From NCBI GenBank assembly GCA_017993335.1, contig JAGOMX010000004.1, positions 1,185 to 65,184 of the forward strand: 64,000 nucleotides of DNA, read 5' to 3'. Of this stretch, positions 1 to 8,480 are shown in pieces; the first letter of the stretch is position 1, and the number at the start of each line of letters is the position of its first letter. The stretch comes from Alphaproteobacteria bacterium (GTDB lineage Bacteria; Pseudomonadota; Alphaproteobacteria; JAGOMX01). Below the pieces are notes generated by a model that had not been told where the DNA came from, did no database searches, and saw nothing but the letters and a program-made list of their open reading frames with translations. The position numbers and the translations under genes were made by a program.

Positions 1-116
1 GTGGCCCGCATCCGGAAAGGCACAGGCTGGTCACGAATAGAGCAAAAATCGCAAGTTTCATGTTTTTCCCATAACTGAAATCTTTTGCTGTTTAATATGC
101 AAGTCGCGTGCCATGT

Positions 117-321
117 AAAACCAATTCCATAAAATAACGGATAAATCTTATCCTCGACTCCTGTCATTCCCGCGCAGGCGGGAATCCAGCGCAACAAAGT
201 GCTGCGCAGCAGCTCTCCATTTATTTCAATGCCACAGCAGCAAGGAAATATTGAACCTCTTCGAGGCACATATTGCGCTGGATACCTGCCTGCGCAGGTA
301 TGACAGGCGATGGTTGAGGCG
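117..321 (+). repeat. Family-A compound palindromic intergenic element (about 205 bp), copy A1, abutting the acnA stop codon
   Basis: Begins with ccaattccataaaataacgg and contains two long hairpin modules, gtcattcccgcgcaggcgggaatccagcgcaac and ttgcgctggatacctgcctgcgcaggtatgacagg. The reverse complement recurs at 20120-20376. Related copies are at 18968-19080 and 54309-54528. Confidence 0.7.
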
Positions 322-322
322 C

Positions 323-3004
323 TTACGCAATAAGCTTGCGTAAAACATAATGCAAAATACCGCCGTGCATGTAGTAATCTACCTCGTCGGCCGTATCCAG
401 TCTGGATTGCAACTGGATGGTTTTTTTGTTCCCATCTGCATAAGTAATTTGGCAATCCACAAGCATACCCGGGGATAAGGTTTTGTCTAATCCCGTGATG
501 TCATAAGTTTCGTCGCCAGTTAAATTGAGGCTCAGGCGATTATTTCCCGACGTAAAGACAAAGGGCAGCACGCCCATGCCAATCAGATTCGAGCGATGAA
601 TCCTTTCAAAGCTTTCCGCAATAACCGCTTGAACGCCCAATAACCTGGTGCCTTTGGCGGCCCAATCTCGGGAAGATCCTGTGCCGTACTCTTTTCCCGC
701 AATAATAATTAACGGGGTGTCTTGTTGTTGATAGAGTATCGAGGCGTCATATATGGACATGGCCGTATCCGTGGGCACGTGTTTGGTTACCCCACCAGAT
801 GTGCCAGGAACCATTTCGTTCTTTAGGCGTATATTGGCAAAGGTACCACGCATCATGACTTCATGGTTGCCACGGCGAGATCCGTAAGAGTTGAACTCGC
901 TAACCGGAACACCTTTTTCCTTTAAGTAGATGCCGGCTGGACTGCTTTCCTTAATGGATCCTGCTGGCGAGATGTGATCGGTTGTTACGCTGTCACCTAG
1001 GATGGCCAGGGTCCTGGCACCTTGAATATTTGAAATCTTTTCTGGATTCAGATTCATGTTCGCAAAATATGGCGGATGCTTAACATATGTGCTGTCTGGC
1101 GTCCAGTCATAGGTTACGCTCTGAGAGTCCGATAGATTTTGCCATAGCTCATCTCCTTTAAAGACGTCACCATAACGCTTCATAAACATTTCAGGCGTCA
1201 GGTTTTTCGCAACGCAAGCCAATATATCCGCATTGCTCGGCCATATATCCTTTAAAAATACATCGTTGCCGTTTTGATCTTGTCCCAGAGGATCCTTGTA
1301 GAGGTCAACTTTTAACGAACCGGCCAGAGCATAGGCGACCACTAACAGGGGGGAGGCTAAGTAATTTAGCTTGACCTGTGGATGGATGCGTCCTTCAAAG
1401 TTACGGTTGCCAGATAGAACACCAGAAACCGTTAAATCATTATGCTCAATGGCTTTGGCAATCGGATCCGGCAAGGGGCCTGAATTTCCGATACAAGTTG
1501 TGCAACCATAGCCAACCAAATTAAAGCCCATGGCGTCTAAGTCATCGGTTAATTCAGCTTTATTCAGATAATCCGTCACCACTTGGGATCCCGGTGCCAG
1601 AGATGTCTTCACCCATGGCTTTGTTTTAAGACCCTTGTTCCGGGCGTTTCTAGCCAAAAGGCCTGCGCCGAGCATGACAGAGGGGTTCGAGGTGTTGGTG
1701 CAGCTGGTGATGGCTGCAATGACCACATCCCCATCCTGAAGGGTAAAGTTTTGACCGTTATAATGAACGGAGGCTGATGTGCTCTTTGTGCTGTCTTCTT
1801 TAGATAAAGAATCGTGCACCGATTGAACGGCTTCCGACAATTTAATTTTATCCTGCGGGCGTTTAGGTCCGGCAAGGCTGGGTTCTACTTCAGACAAATC
1901 TAGCGAGAGTGTATCCGTAAAGATAGGATCCGGCGTCTGCGCTGTGCGCCACATGTTTTGTTCCTTGGCATACGCCTCAACCAATTGCACAACGTTTTCA
2001 TCGCGACCCGTGAATCTTAAATAACGTAAAGTTTCGTTATCGGCGGGGAAGAATCCACACGTTGCGCCGTATTCAGGAGCCATGTTAGATATCGTTGCTC
2101 TGTCCGCAATGGTTAAATGATCCAAGCCTGGGCCATAGAATTCAACGAATTTGCCGACGACGCCTTTTTTGCGAAGCATCTCGGTGACGGTTAAGACCAT
2201 ATCTGTGGCGGTTGTACCTTCTTTCAAGGCGCCTGTGATTTTAAAACCGATAACTTCTGGGATGAGCATAGAAATGGGTTGGCCAAGCATAACGGCTTCT
2301 GCCTCGATGCCGCCCACGCCCCAGCCGAGAATGGCTAGCCCGTTAATCATTGTGGTATGCGAATCTGTTCCCACCAACGAGTCAGGGTAGGCATAATTTT
2401 GTCCGTCTTGTTCTCTTTGCCAGACCACTTGACCTAGATATTCCAGGTTAACCTGATGGCAAATGCCGGTGCCGGGCGGAACAACGCGGAAGTTCTCAAA
2501 GGATTGTTGCCCCCAACGCAGGAAAGCGTAACGTTCTTTATTCCGTTCGTACTCTAGCTCTACGTTATCCTGAAAAGACTGATCGCTGGCAAAATGATCG
2601 ACCATGACCGAGTGATCAATTACCAAATCAACAGGAGATAAGGGATTGATTTGATCTGGATGACCGCCCAGTTTTTTAATAGCATCACGCATCGCGGCGA
2701 GGTCAACCACCGCGGGCACACCGGTAAAGTCTTGCATCAAAACGCGGGACGGACTGAAAGCGATTTCGCGGTTGCTAGTTTTTGTTTTTTGCCAATCAAT
2801 TACGGCTTGAATATCCTCAATTGTAACGGTTTTACCGTCTTCATAACGAAGTAAATTTTCCAAAAGAACACGTAAGGAAAAAGGGAGTTTTTCTATAGAA
2901 CCTAGTTGCTTTTCAACCTCATTCAAGCTGAAATATTGAAACTCTTTACCATTGACCTTCATGGATTTGCGTGTTTTAAGGTGATCTTTTCCGAATCTCG
3001 ACAT
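323..3004 (-). CDS. acnA: aconitate hydratase A
   Basis: 893-aa ORF with aconitase family hallmarks (MSRFGKDHLKT...FSLRVLLENLLR..., Cys-containing cluster-ligand regions). Typical length for AcnA. Confidence 0.9.
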   Translation of the reverse strand: MSRFGKDHLKTRKSMKVNGKEFQYFSLNEVEKQLGSIEKLPFSLRVLLENLLRYEDGKTVTIEDIQAVIDWQKTKTSNREIAFSPSRVLMQDFTGVPAVVDLAAMRDAIKKLGGHPDQINPLSPVDLVIDHSVMVDHFASDQSFQDNVELEYERNKERYAFLRWGQQSFENFRVVPPGTGICHQVNLEYLGQVVWQREQDGQNYAYPDSLVGTDSHTTMINGLAILGWGVGGIEAEAVMLGQPISMLIPEVIGFKITGALKEGTTATDMVLTVTEMLRKKGVVGKFVEFYGPGLDHLTIADRATISNMAPEYGATCGFFPADNETLRYLRFTGRDENVVQLVEAYAKEQNMWRTAQTPDPIFTDTLSLDLSEVEPSLAGPKRPQDKIKLSEAVQSVHDSLSKEDSTKSTSASVHYNGQNFTLQDGDVVIAAITSCTNTSNPSVMLGAGLLARNARNKGLKTKPWVKTSLAPGSQVVTDYLNKAELTDDLDAMGFNLVGYGCTTCIGNSGPLPDPIAKAIEHNDLTVSGVLSGNRNFEGRIHPQVKLNYLASPLLVVAYALAGSLKVDLYKDPLGQDQNGNDVFLKDIWPSNADILACVAKNLTPEMFMKRYGDVFKGDELWQNLSDSQSVTYDWTPDSTYVKHPPYFANMNLNPEKISNIQGARTLAILGDSVTTDHISPAGSIKESSPAGIYLKEKGVPVSEFNSYGSRRGNHEVMMRGTFANIRLKNEMVPGTSGGVTKHVPTDTAMSIYDASILYQQQDTPLIIIAGKEYGTGSSRDWAAKGTRLLGVQAVIAESFERIHRSNLIGMGVLPFVFTSGNNRLSLNLTGDETYDITGLDKTLSPGMLVDCQITYADGNKKTIQLQSRLDTADEVDYYMHGGILHYVLRKLIA

Positions 3005-3217
3005 CTACATTTTCCCTGTTATAAAATCTGTTGCTAAAATTTTAACACAGCCAAAATCCCTCGTATAGCCATAGACTGCATATTTTATAAAAAAAAGGGA
3101 TCAGACCGATAAAATTTAAAATAAATGAATTTTTTGTATTTTTTAGTTGGATTTGCCCTCATAGTTTGCTAGTAAGGAGTGTATTGAAGCTTAACTTATG
3201 CTTCTGTTTTTTGCATT

Positions 3218-3302
3218 GCGGGCGTGGTGAAATTGGTAGACACGCAAGATTTAGGTTCTTGTGGCTTAGGCTGTGGGGGTTCAAGTCCCTTCGCCCGCAC
3301 CA
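3218..3302 (+). tRNA. tRNA-Leu (anticodon UAG), type II with long variable arm, CCA encoded
   Basis: Acceptor stem GCGGGCG/CGCCCGC. Anticodon stem CAAGA/TCTTG with loop TTTAGGT, giving anticodon TAG. Long variable arm. T-arm GGGGGTTCAAGTCCC. Discriminator A followed by CCA. Confidence 0.85.
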
Positions 3303-3336
3303 AATTTTTAAAAAAATATTAGGAAGGGCATCCCTT

Positions 3337-4680
3337 ATGAAAGTCCTCACGGAATCATCCAAAGATTTACGATATGAATTTAAGATTGAAATAGCTTCTC
3401 AAGATATTGAGGCTGAGGTTGAACAATCCCTTATTAAATACGGAAAGACGGCGAAGTTGCCAGGCTTTAGACCTGGGAAGATTCCTCTTTCTGTGCTGCG
3501 TCAAAAATTTGATGAAGGGGCACGTCAGGATGCGATTAATGCGGCTGTTAAACAGTCTGTGGGTGAAGTGCTGAAAGAAAAATCATTACAGCCCGCTTCT
3601 AGTCCTAAGATTGAGTTATCTACCTATAATAAAGGGGATGACCTGGTCTATACGATGGAAATTGAAGTGTTGCCATCCTTTGAGATTCAGGATTACACCG
3701 GTATTAAGGTCACAAAATTGGCTGTTAAATTGACAGACAAGGATGTGGACGATCATTTGATTAAATTGCTAGAGCATCAAAAGCGGACTGTTAAAGTTGA
3801 GGCGGATCGCAAATCGCAAAAAGGTGATACGGTTGTTATTGATGCGACGGCTTCTAATCCTGATTTTGATGCCAGTGAACAGGGCTTTGAGTCTTTTCAT
3901 TTGTTGTTAGGCAATAATCATCTGGAAACCTTTGATGAGAAGTTGGTCGGAAAAAAAGTTGGCGATGTGGTGGATATTGAATTTACCCTGCCGGAAAATT
4001 TCCCTAACAAGCCGTTTGCGGGCAAGACTTTAAATTATCACACAACCATTAAAGAAATTCGTGAGCCAATTAAGCCAGAAATTACGGAAGAGATTGCGAA
4101 GGAATTTGGGTTTGAGAATTTAGAAGCCTTGCGTAAAGAGGCTCGCGATCAATTGCAGCAATCCACAACGCGGCCTTCCTTCTTATATGCGAAGCGTCAA
4201 ATCTTGGATAGCTTATCCAAGCAATATAGCTTCCAATTGCCGCAGACCTTGTTAGACCATGAGTTTAAGGCGATTTGGGAAGATGTCGAAGCGGAAATGA
4301 AGCATGAGACGGAAACAGAAGGCAAACCTCAGCCTTCGGACAAAGAAATCGAAGCCATGAAAAAGAAATACTTAAATCTGGCTGAGCGTCGTGTTCGTTT
4401 AGGTCTTGTTTTGTCTGAAATTTCTAAAAAGCATGAAATTTCCGTGCCAAAAGAAAAAATTGCACAGGCTGTAATGCAGGCTGCAAAGCAGCACAAGGGA
4501 TACGAGAAAGAGGCTTTTGAGTACTACTTTAAAAACCCAGAAGCCAATGCGCAAATACGTGCGCCTTTGTTGGAAGACGAAGTTATGCATTTCTTGTTGG
4601 ATAAACTAAAAACAACAGAAAAAGAGCTAGACCTAGACGCCTTTAAAAAGGAACTAGAAACGCTTTCAGACGAAGGTTAA
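3337..4680 (+). CDS. tig: trigger factor (ribosome-associated chaperone / PPIase)
   Basis: ATG at 3337 is preceded by AGGAAGG. The ORF track begins upstream at 3166, overlapping the tRNA, which is unlikely. 447 aa with the trigger factor N-terminus MKVLTESSKDLRYEFKIEI...GFRPGKIP. Confidence 0.9.
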   Translation: MKVLTESSKDLRYEFKIEIASQDIEAEVEQSLIKYGKTAKLPGFRPGKIPLSVLRQKFDEGARQDAINAAVKQSVGEVLKEKSLQPASSPKIELSTYNKGDDLVYTMEIEVLPSFEIQDYTGIKVTKLAVKLTDKDVDDHLIKLLEHQKRTVKVEADRKSQKGDTVVIDATASNPDFDASEQGFESFHLLLGNNHLETFDEKLVGKKVGDVVDIEFTLPENFPNKPFAGKTLNYHTTIKEIREPIKPEITEEIAKEFGFENLEALRKEARDQLQQSTTRPSFLYAKRQILDSLSKQYSFQLPQTLLDHEFKAIWEDVEAEMKHETETEGKPQPSDKEIEAMKKKYLNLAERRVRLGLVLSEISKKHEISVPKEKIAQAVMQAAKQHKGYEKEAFEYYFKNPEANAQIRAPLLEDEVMHFLLDKLKTTEKELDLDAFKKELETLSDEG

Positions 4681-5057
4681 GAGATTCTCAAAACTCGATG
4701 AAGCTCTTGGATTCGCCTCTCCCCTTTGTGGGAGAGGCCGTCCGCAGGGCGGGTTCGGCCGTAAGGCCAGGTGGGTTTTCAGTCTCTCACCCTTTCGCTT
4801 TCCTACGGGGCTCTCCCACAAGGGGGGGGATGAAGTCAGGGTCGCCCATGAAAAAACATATCACCAGAACCTGTCCAACTAATTCCAGAAAACAACTGAT
4901 ACCATTTACCCTAACAGGGCCTACGCATGAAAAATTAAAGAGAGGAAGATCCATCCACACCTGTCACACCTGCCTTCGCAGGTATGACAGGTACTTGTAA
5001 CTGTTTTGTGCAATTTTCATGCGCAGGTCCTGTTTACCCTAAATAAACATCATACCA

Positions 5058-5377
5058 CCCCGTCATGCTGAGCGCGGCTCCGCGCAAGCGGAGTTAGCGA
5101 AGCATCCAGGACTATAAGTGCCGCGATGGCGGCTCTTTATAATCTATATAGAGCCAGAGGCCATTTCAAAACTGGCTTTTTTGGAGGGATTTATAGGAAA
5201 GGTGAGAACCGGAGCGCAGCGTACCTCTTCGTACGTGAGCACCGGGAGCGGAACCTTGACGACGAAATCACCCAAAAAAGACGTTTTGAAATGGCCTCAG
5301 CCACTAAAGTGGCACTTGTGTGCCTGGATCCTTCTCTCACTCAGCTAACGCTGAGCTTCGATCAGGATGACGGGGGT
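5058..5377 (+). repeat. P1-family palindromic element (about 173 bp native), copy P1a, interrupted by a 142-bp MITE insertion
   Basis: cccgtcatgctgagcgcggctccgcgcaagcggagttagcgaagcatccaggactataagtgccgcga...gacggggg. Collinear with the copy at 7758-7928 except for the inserted 142 bp plus 5 bp. Confidence 0.65.
5157..5298 (+). mobile_element. MITE-like non-autonomous element: 142 bp, 16-bp terminal inverted repeats GAGGCCATTTCAAAAC, 5-bp target-site duplication AGCCA
   Basis: The ends gaggccatttcaaaac ... gttttgaaatggcctc are perfect reverse complements. They are flanked by AGCCA (5152-5156) and AGCCA (5299-5303). The uninterrupted site gagccactaaag exists in the paralogous repeat at about 7848. 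A second copy is at 54547-54688 in reverse orientation. Confidence 0.7.
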
Positions 5378-5613
5378 TATGATACTTATTTATGATAAAC
5401 GGTATCAGTTATTTCATGGGATTGGTATGACAGGTGTGGGTGGTCGCTCCTCTCTTAAATTTTTCATGCGTATGTCCTGTATTTTTCGTAAAAAAGCTTG
5501 AATAATTGTATGCGACATCCTATGTGTGATAGAGATGAGCTTTTCCATGTCTAACAGTTAGCAAGGTTAAGGCCGATAATTTTTGTCAATTGTTAAGATA
5601 GAAAGTAATTGTT

Positions 5614-7644
5614 ATGGTGGTTTCTTATAAAAATTTGAGCACAGCGATGCTTTCCGTATTGTTGTTAACGTCTCCATCCTTTGGATCGGCGGAGGGTAGT
5701 GAACCTGACTTGAAAAAGGCGAGGGTTTCTCCTGGTTCGGATGATTTTGATTGGATGTCTTTGGTTGAGGTAAAAAAAGAACCAACCGATGAAAGGCGTG
5801 ATGCGGGTGTTGACCTGTTTTTGCTGACTCATGAGGGGATTAAAAATAATTTAAGACGAATTAATCCGGTTGATCCGGTTTTAAAGAGAAAACCAACGGC
5901 GAATTGCTTGCTTTGTTGTGTTTCGTTTTTGAATTGGGTTAAGACGGGTGTATTGACGCCGGCTCCGGCGGTGACTCCGGATAAACCCAATATTTTGATT
6001 CGCCCGAAAAATGCCGTGCTTTTAGATCAAGATGCGGCAAAAGCCATTCCTGGCCATGCGGTGGAAATTATTATTGAAGATGTGCAAGAAAAAACAGTGG
6101 CAGATCTAGATGTTATCGCTGTGGTAGAGCGAGATGGCCGCAAAATAATTTCGTTTGATCCTTGCGCGATGTCTGATTTAGAAAAGACTCTAGCGGATTT
6201 GCATTTGCATCCGGTTCGCGGCGGGGATTGTGCTTCAGGTCTTATGAGCCTGGGGTATAAGCCTGAATACATGGACAAGGTCGTTACGGAGGCTGGCATT
6301 ACCGGGCACTTTCTGAATTTTTATATGTATAGCGATGCTTCGGGATTCAGAAAAACATACATTGTGGATCCGCAGACTTCGGAAATCACGACCTTGGCAA
6401 ATTTCATAAAAAAAGAATCGAAGTATGATTTAGATACCGTGTACCTATGGTGGGATAGTACGAAAAAAGCCTGGGCTGAGCCTATTTCTTACGTCAAAAA
6501 AGAACCGGTCGCAGCAGAGGTTCCAGAAGATATTCTAACGGATGCCGATCCCAATCCCAGAAAAAGATCCGCAGAAATACCCCTGGAAGAATTGCAAAGC
6601 AATGACGCTCAAAAAAAACCTGCCATAGATGATTTTGAAGAGAACGATCGTATACTTGCGACATTTGCATGGAAAGATAAAGATAATCTTCTAGGGGATC
6701 TAGATCGTTTCTTAACCCAGGCGTTTAATCTGAATCAGCAGCAACAGTCTTTTTGGGTCATGGATATGTCCTTAAAAGGCAGTATCTACGCACAATCGAT
6801 ACTAAGCTGGATGTATTTTTATGGAAAAATATCTGGTGCTAGTGATTATACTTCCGCAGTATTTTATGCAAGAAAATCCGCCGATCAGGGGTATGCTCCA
6901 GCGCAATGTGGTTTGGGGTTTTTATATTCAAACGGCCATGTAGACGGCCAAGTGAATGGGGTCGAGGCTTTCAATTGGTATAAAAAAGCCGCCGATCAGG
7001 GGTATGCTCCAGCGCAATGTGGTTTGGGGTTTTTATATTCAAACGGCCATGTAGACGGCCAAGTGAATGGGGTCGAGGCTTTCAATTGGTATAAAAAATC
7101 CGCCGATCAGGGATATGCTACAGCGCAATGTAATTTGGGGAGGTTATATGCAAACGGCCATGTAGACGGCCACGTGAATGGGGTCGAGGCTTTCAAATGG
7201 TACAAAAAAGCCGCCGATCAGGGGCATGTTGCAGCGCAATATGGTTTGGGGTTTTTATATTCAAACGGCCATGTAGATGGCCAAGTGAATTGGGTTGAAG
7301 CTTTCAATTGGTACAAAAAAGCCGCCGATCAGGGGCATGCTACAGCGCAATATAGTTTGGGGGTTTTATATGCAAAAGGCCATGTGGACGGCCAAGTGAA
7401 TAGGGTCGAGGCTTTCAAATGGTGCAAAAAAGCTGCAGATCAAAATTATGCTGTCGCACAAGATGCTCTGGGGGATATATATGCCAATGGTTATCTTGGT
7501 AAAAAAAATTTAGAAGAGGCTTTAAAATGGTACAACAAAGCTTATTTACAGCAGAGAGATTTAGTTGAGCAAAAAATAATTGAGGTTAGGAAACAGATGG
7601 GGAAAATAAGGGCTTATAACTTGCTATTTCGCAATTCTCTCTGA
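5614..7644 (+). CDS. Sel1-like repeat (SLR) protein with N-terminal signal peptide and a unique N-terminal domain of about 400 aa; effector-like
   Basis: Signal peptide MVVSYKNLSTAMLSVLLLTSPSFGSA. Six tandem 37-aa repeats AADQGYAPAQCGLGFLYSNGHVDGQVNGVEAFNWYKK fit the Sel1 consensus (A..G...A...LG..Y..G.GV..d...A..WY.KAA). Confidence 0.85.
   Translation: MVVSYKNLSTAMLSVLLLTSPSFGSAEGSEPDLKKARVSPGSDDFDWMSLVEVKKEPTDERRDAGVDLFLLTHEGIKNNLRRINPVDPVLKRKPTANCLLCCVSFLNWVKTGVLTPAPAVTPDKPNILIRPKNAVLLDQDAAKAIPGHAVEIIIEDVQEKTVADLDVIAVVERDGRKIISFDPCAMSDLEKTLADLHLHPVRGGDCASGLMSLGYKPEYMDKVVTEAGITGHFLNFYMYSDASGFRKTYIVDPQTSEITTLANFIKKESKYDLDTVYLWWDSTKKAWAEPISYVKKEPVAAEVPEDILTDADPNPRKRSAEIPLEELQSNDAQKKPAIDDFEENDRILATFAWKDKDNLLGDLDRFLTQAFNLNQQQQSFWVMDMSLKGSIYAQSILSWMYFYGKISGASDYTSAVFYARKSADQGYAPAQCGLGFLYSNGHVDGQVNGVEAFNWYKKAADQGYAPAQCGLGFLYSNGHVDGQVNGVEAFNWYKKSADQGYATAQCNLGRLYANGHVDGHVNGVEAFKWYKKAADQGHVAAQYGLGFLYSNGHVDGQVNWVEAFNWYKKAADQGHATAQYSLGVLYAKGHVDGQVNRVEAFKWCKKAADQNYAVAQDALGDIYANGYLGKKNLEEALKWYNKAYLQQRDLVEQKIIEVRKQMGKIRAYNLLFRNSL
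6880..7545 (+). repeat. Six tandem 111-bp coding repeats (Sel1 units); the first two are near-identical at the nucleotide level
   Basis: Units start at about 6880, 6991, 7102, 7213, 7324 and 7435. Units 1 and 2 differ by about 1 nt. Confidence 0.8.
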
Positions 7645-7757
7645 GGACGAAGTTTGTTCCCTGGCGGAGGGGTTACAAATGAGGGTTGAGGAGGTTTAAG
7701 GCAGTCTCTATTGGTATGTTTATGCCGTTTACCCTAAACTAAGTATTATTACCCACT

Positions 7758-7928
7758 CCCGTCATGCTGAGCGCGGCTCCGCGCAAGCGGAGTTAGCGAA
7801 GCATCCAGGACTATAAGTGCCGCGAAAGCGGCTCTTTATAATCTATATAGAGCCACTAAAGTGGCACTTGTGTGCCTGGATCTTTCGCTTACTCCGCTGA
7901 CGCGGAGCTGCGTTCAAAATGACGGGGG
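7758..7928 (+). repeat. P1-family palindromic element, copy P1b (intact, 171 bp)
   Basis: The left half cccgtcatgctgagcgcggctccgcgcaagcggagttagcgaag is the approximate reverse complement of the right half ctttcgcttactccgctgacgcggagctgcgttcaaaatgacggg. It contains the intact MITE target sequence gagccactaaagtggcac. Confidence 0.65.
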
Positions 7929-7949
7929 TATGATGCTTAATTTATTGTA

Positions 7950-8348
7950 TTATTTTAAATCTTCAGTGCTGCAAGATCTTTTGAACTTGTGTAGCTTTCC
8001 AGCATCATGTAGGGCTTTGAGGTCGTCAAATCCGCCGATGTGTAGGTCGTTGATATAAATCTGCGGAACGGTTTTGCGTTGGGTTTTTTCAATCATTTCA
8101 GCGCGTTTTGTTTGGCTTTCATTGACGTCAACGGCCTCGTAAGGCATTCCCATTTTGTCTAAAAGTTCTTTTGCCATAATACAGTACTTGCAATAGGGCG
8201 ACATGTAAATTAACACGCTAATTTCACAGCTATTGTAGGTGTCCTCTTCCATTATTTCGTACTTTTCTTCCACGCGAGGGCTGAACAGGATGTAAAGCAT
8301 GCCTGCGATAGCGAATAAAGTTAAGAGGGCGATAAGAATTTTTTTCAT
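7950..8348 (-). CDS. glutaredoxin-family protein with an N-terminal transmembrane or signal segment
   Basis: N-terminal hydrophobic helix MKKILIALLTLFAIAGMLYILF. Thioredoxin-fold motifs SPYCKYC (CxxC) and TVPQIYINDLHIGGFDDL are characteristic of glutaredoxins. Confidence 0.7.
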   Translation of the reverse strand: MKKILIALLTLFAIAGMLYILFSPRVEEKYEIMEEDTYNSCEISVLIYMSPYCKYCIMAKELLDKMGMPYEAVDVNESQTKRAEMIEKTQRKTVPQIYINDLHIGGFDDLKALHDAGKLHKFKRSCSTEDLK

Positions 8349-8480
8349 ACCTTTATCATACAGTATTCATACACCTTCCGCAAGAGCCTCATTATTTTTG
8401 CAAAAGACTTTTCATGATTTTCATGAATAATTAAGAGATTTCGTTCATATTTAATTATATGAAAATAAGGAGATTTTTTC

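Noticed and set aside
4698-5395. ORFs of 76-100 aa (4698-5000, 5118-5348, 5126-5395) in the tig-downstream gap
   Set aside because: They lie entirely inside palindromic repeats and the MITE. Their proteins are low-complexity (Pro/Gly/Arg-rich), with no RBS or known motif, so they are almost certainly artefacts of GC-rich repeats.
6880-7545. Regularly spaced direct repeats that could be taken for a CRISPR array
   Set aside because: The repeats are 111 bp, contiguous with no spacers, and in-frame within a Sel1-repeat protein. They are coding tandem repeats and not a CRISPR. No cas genes are present.
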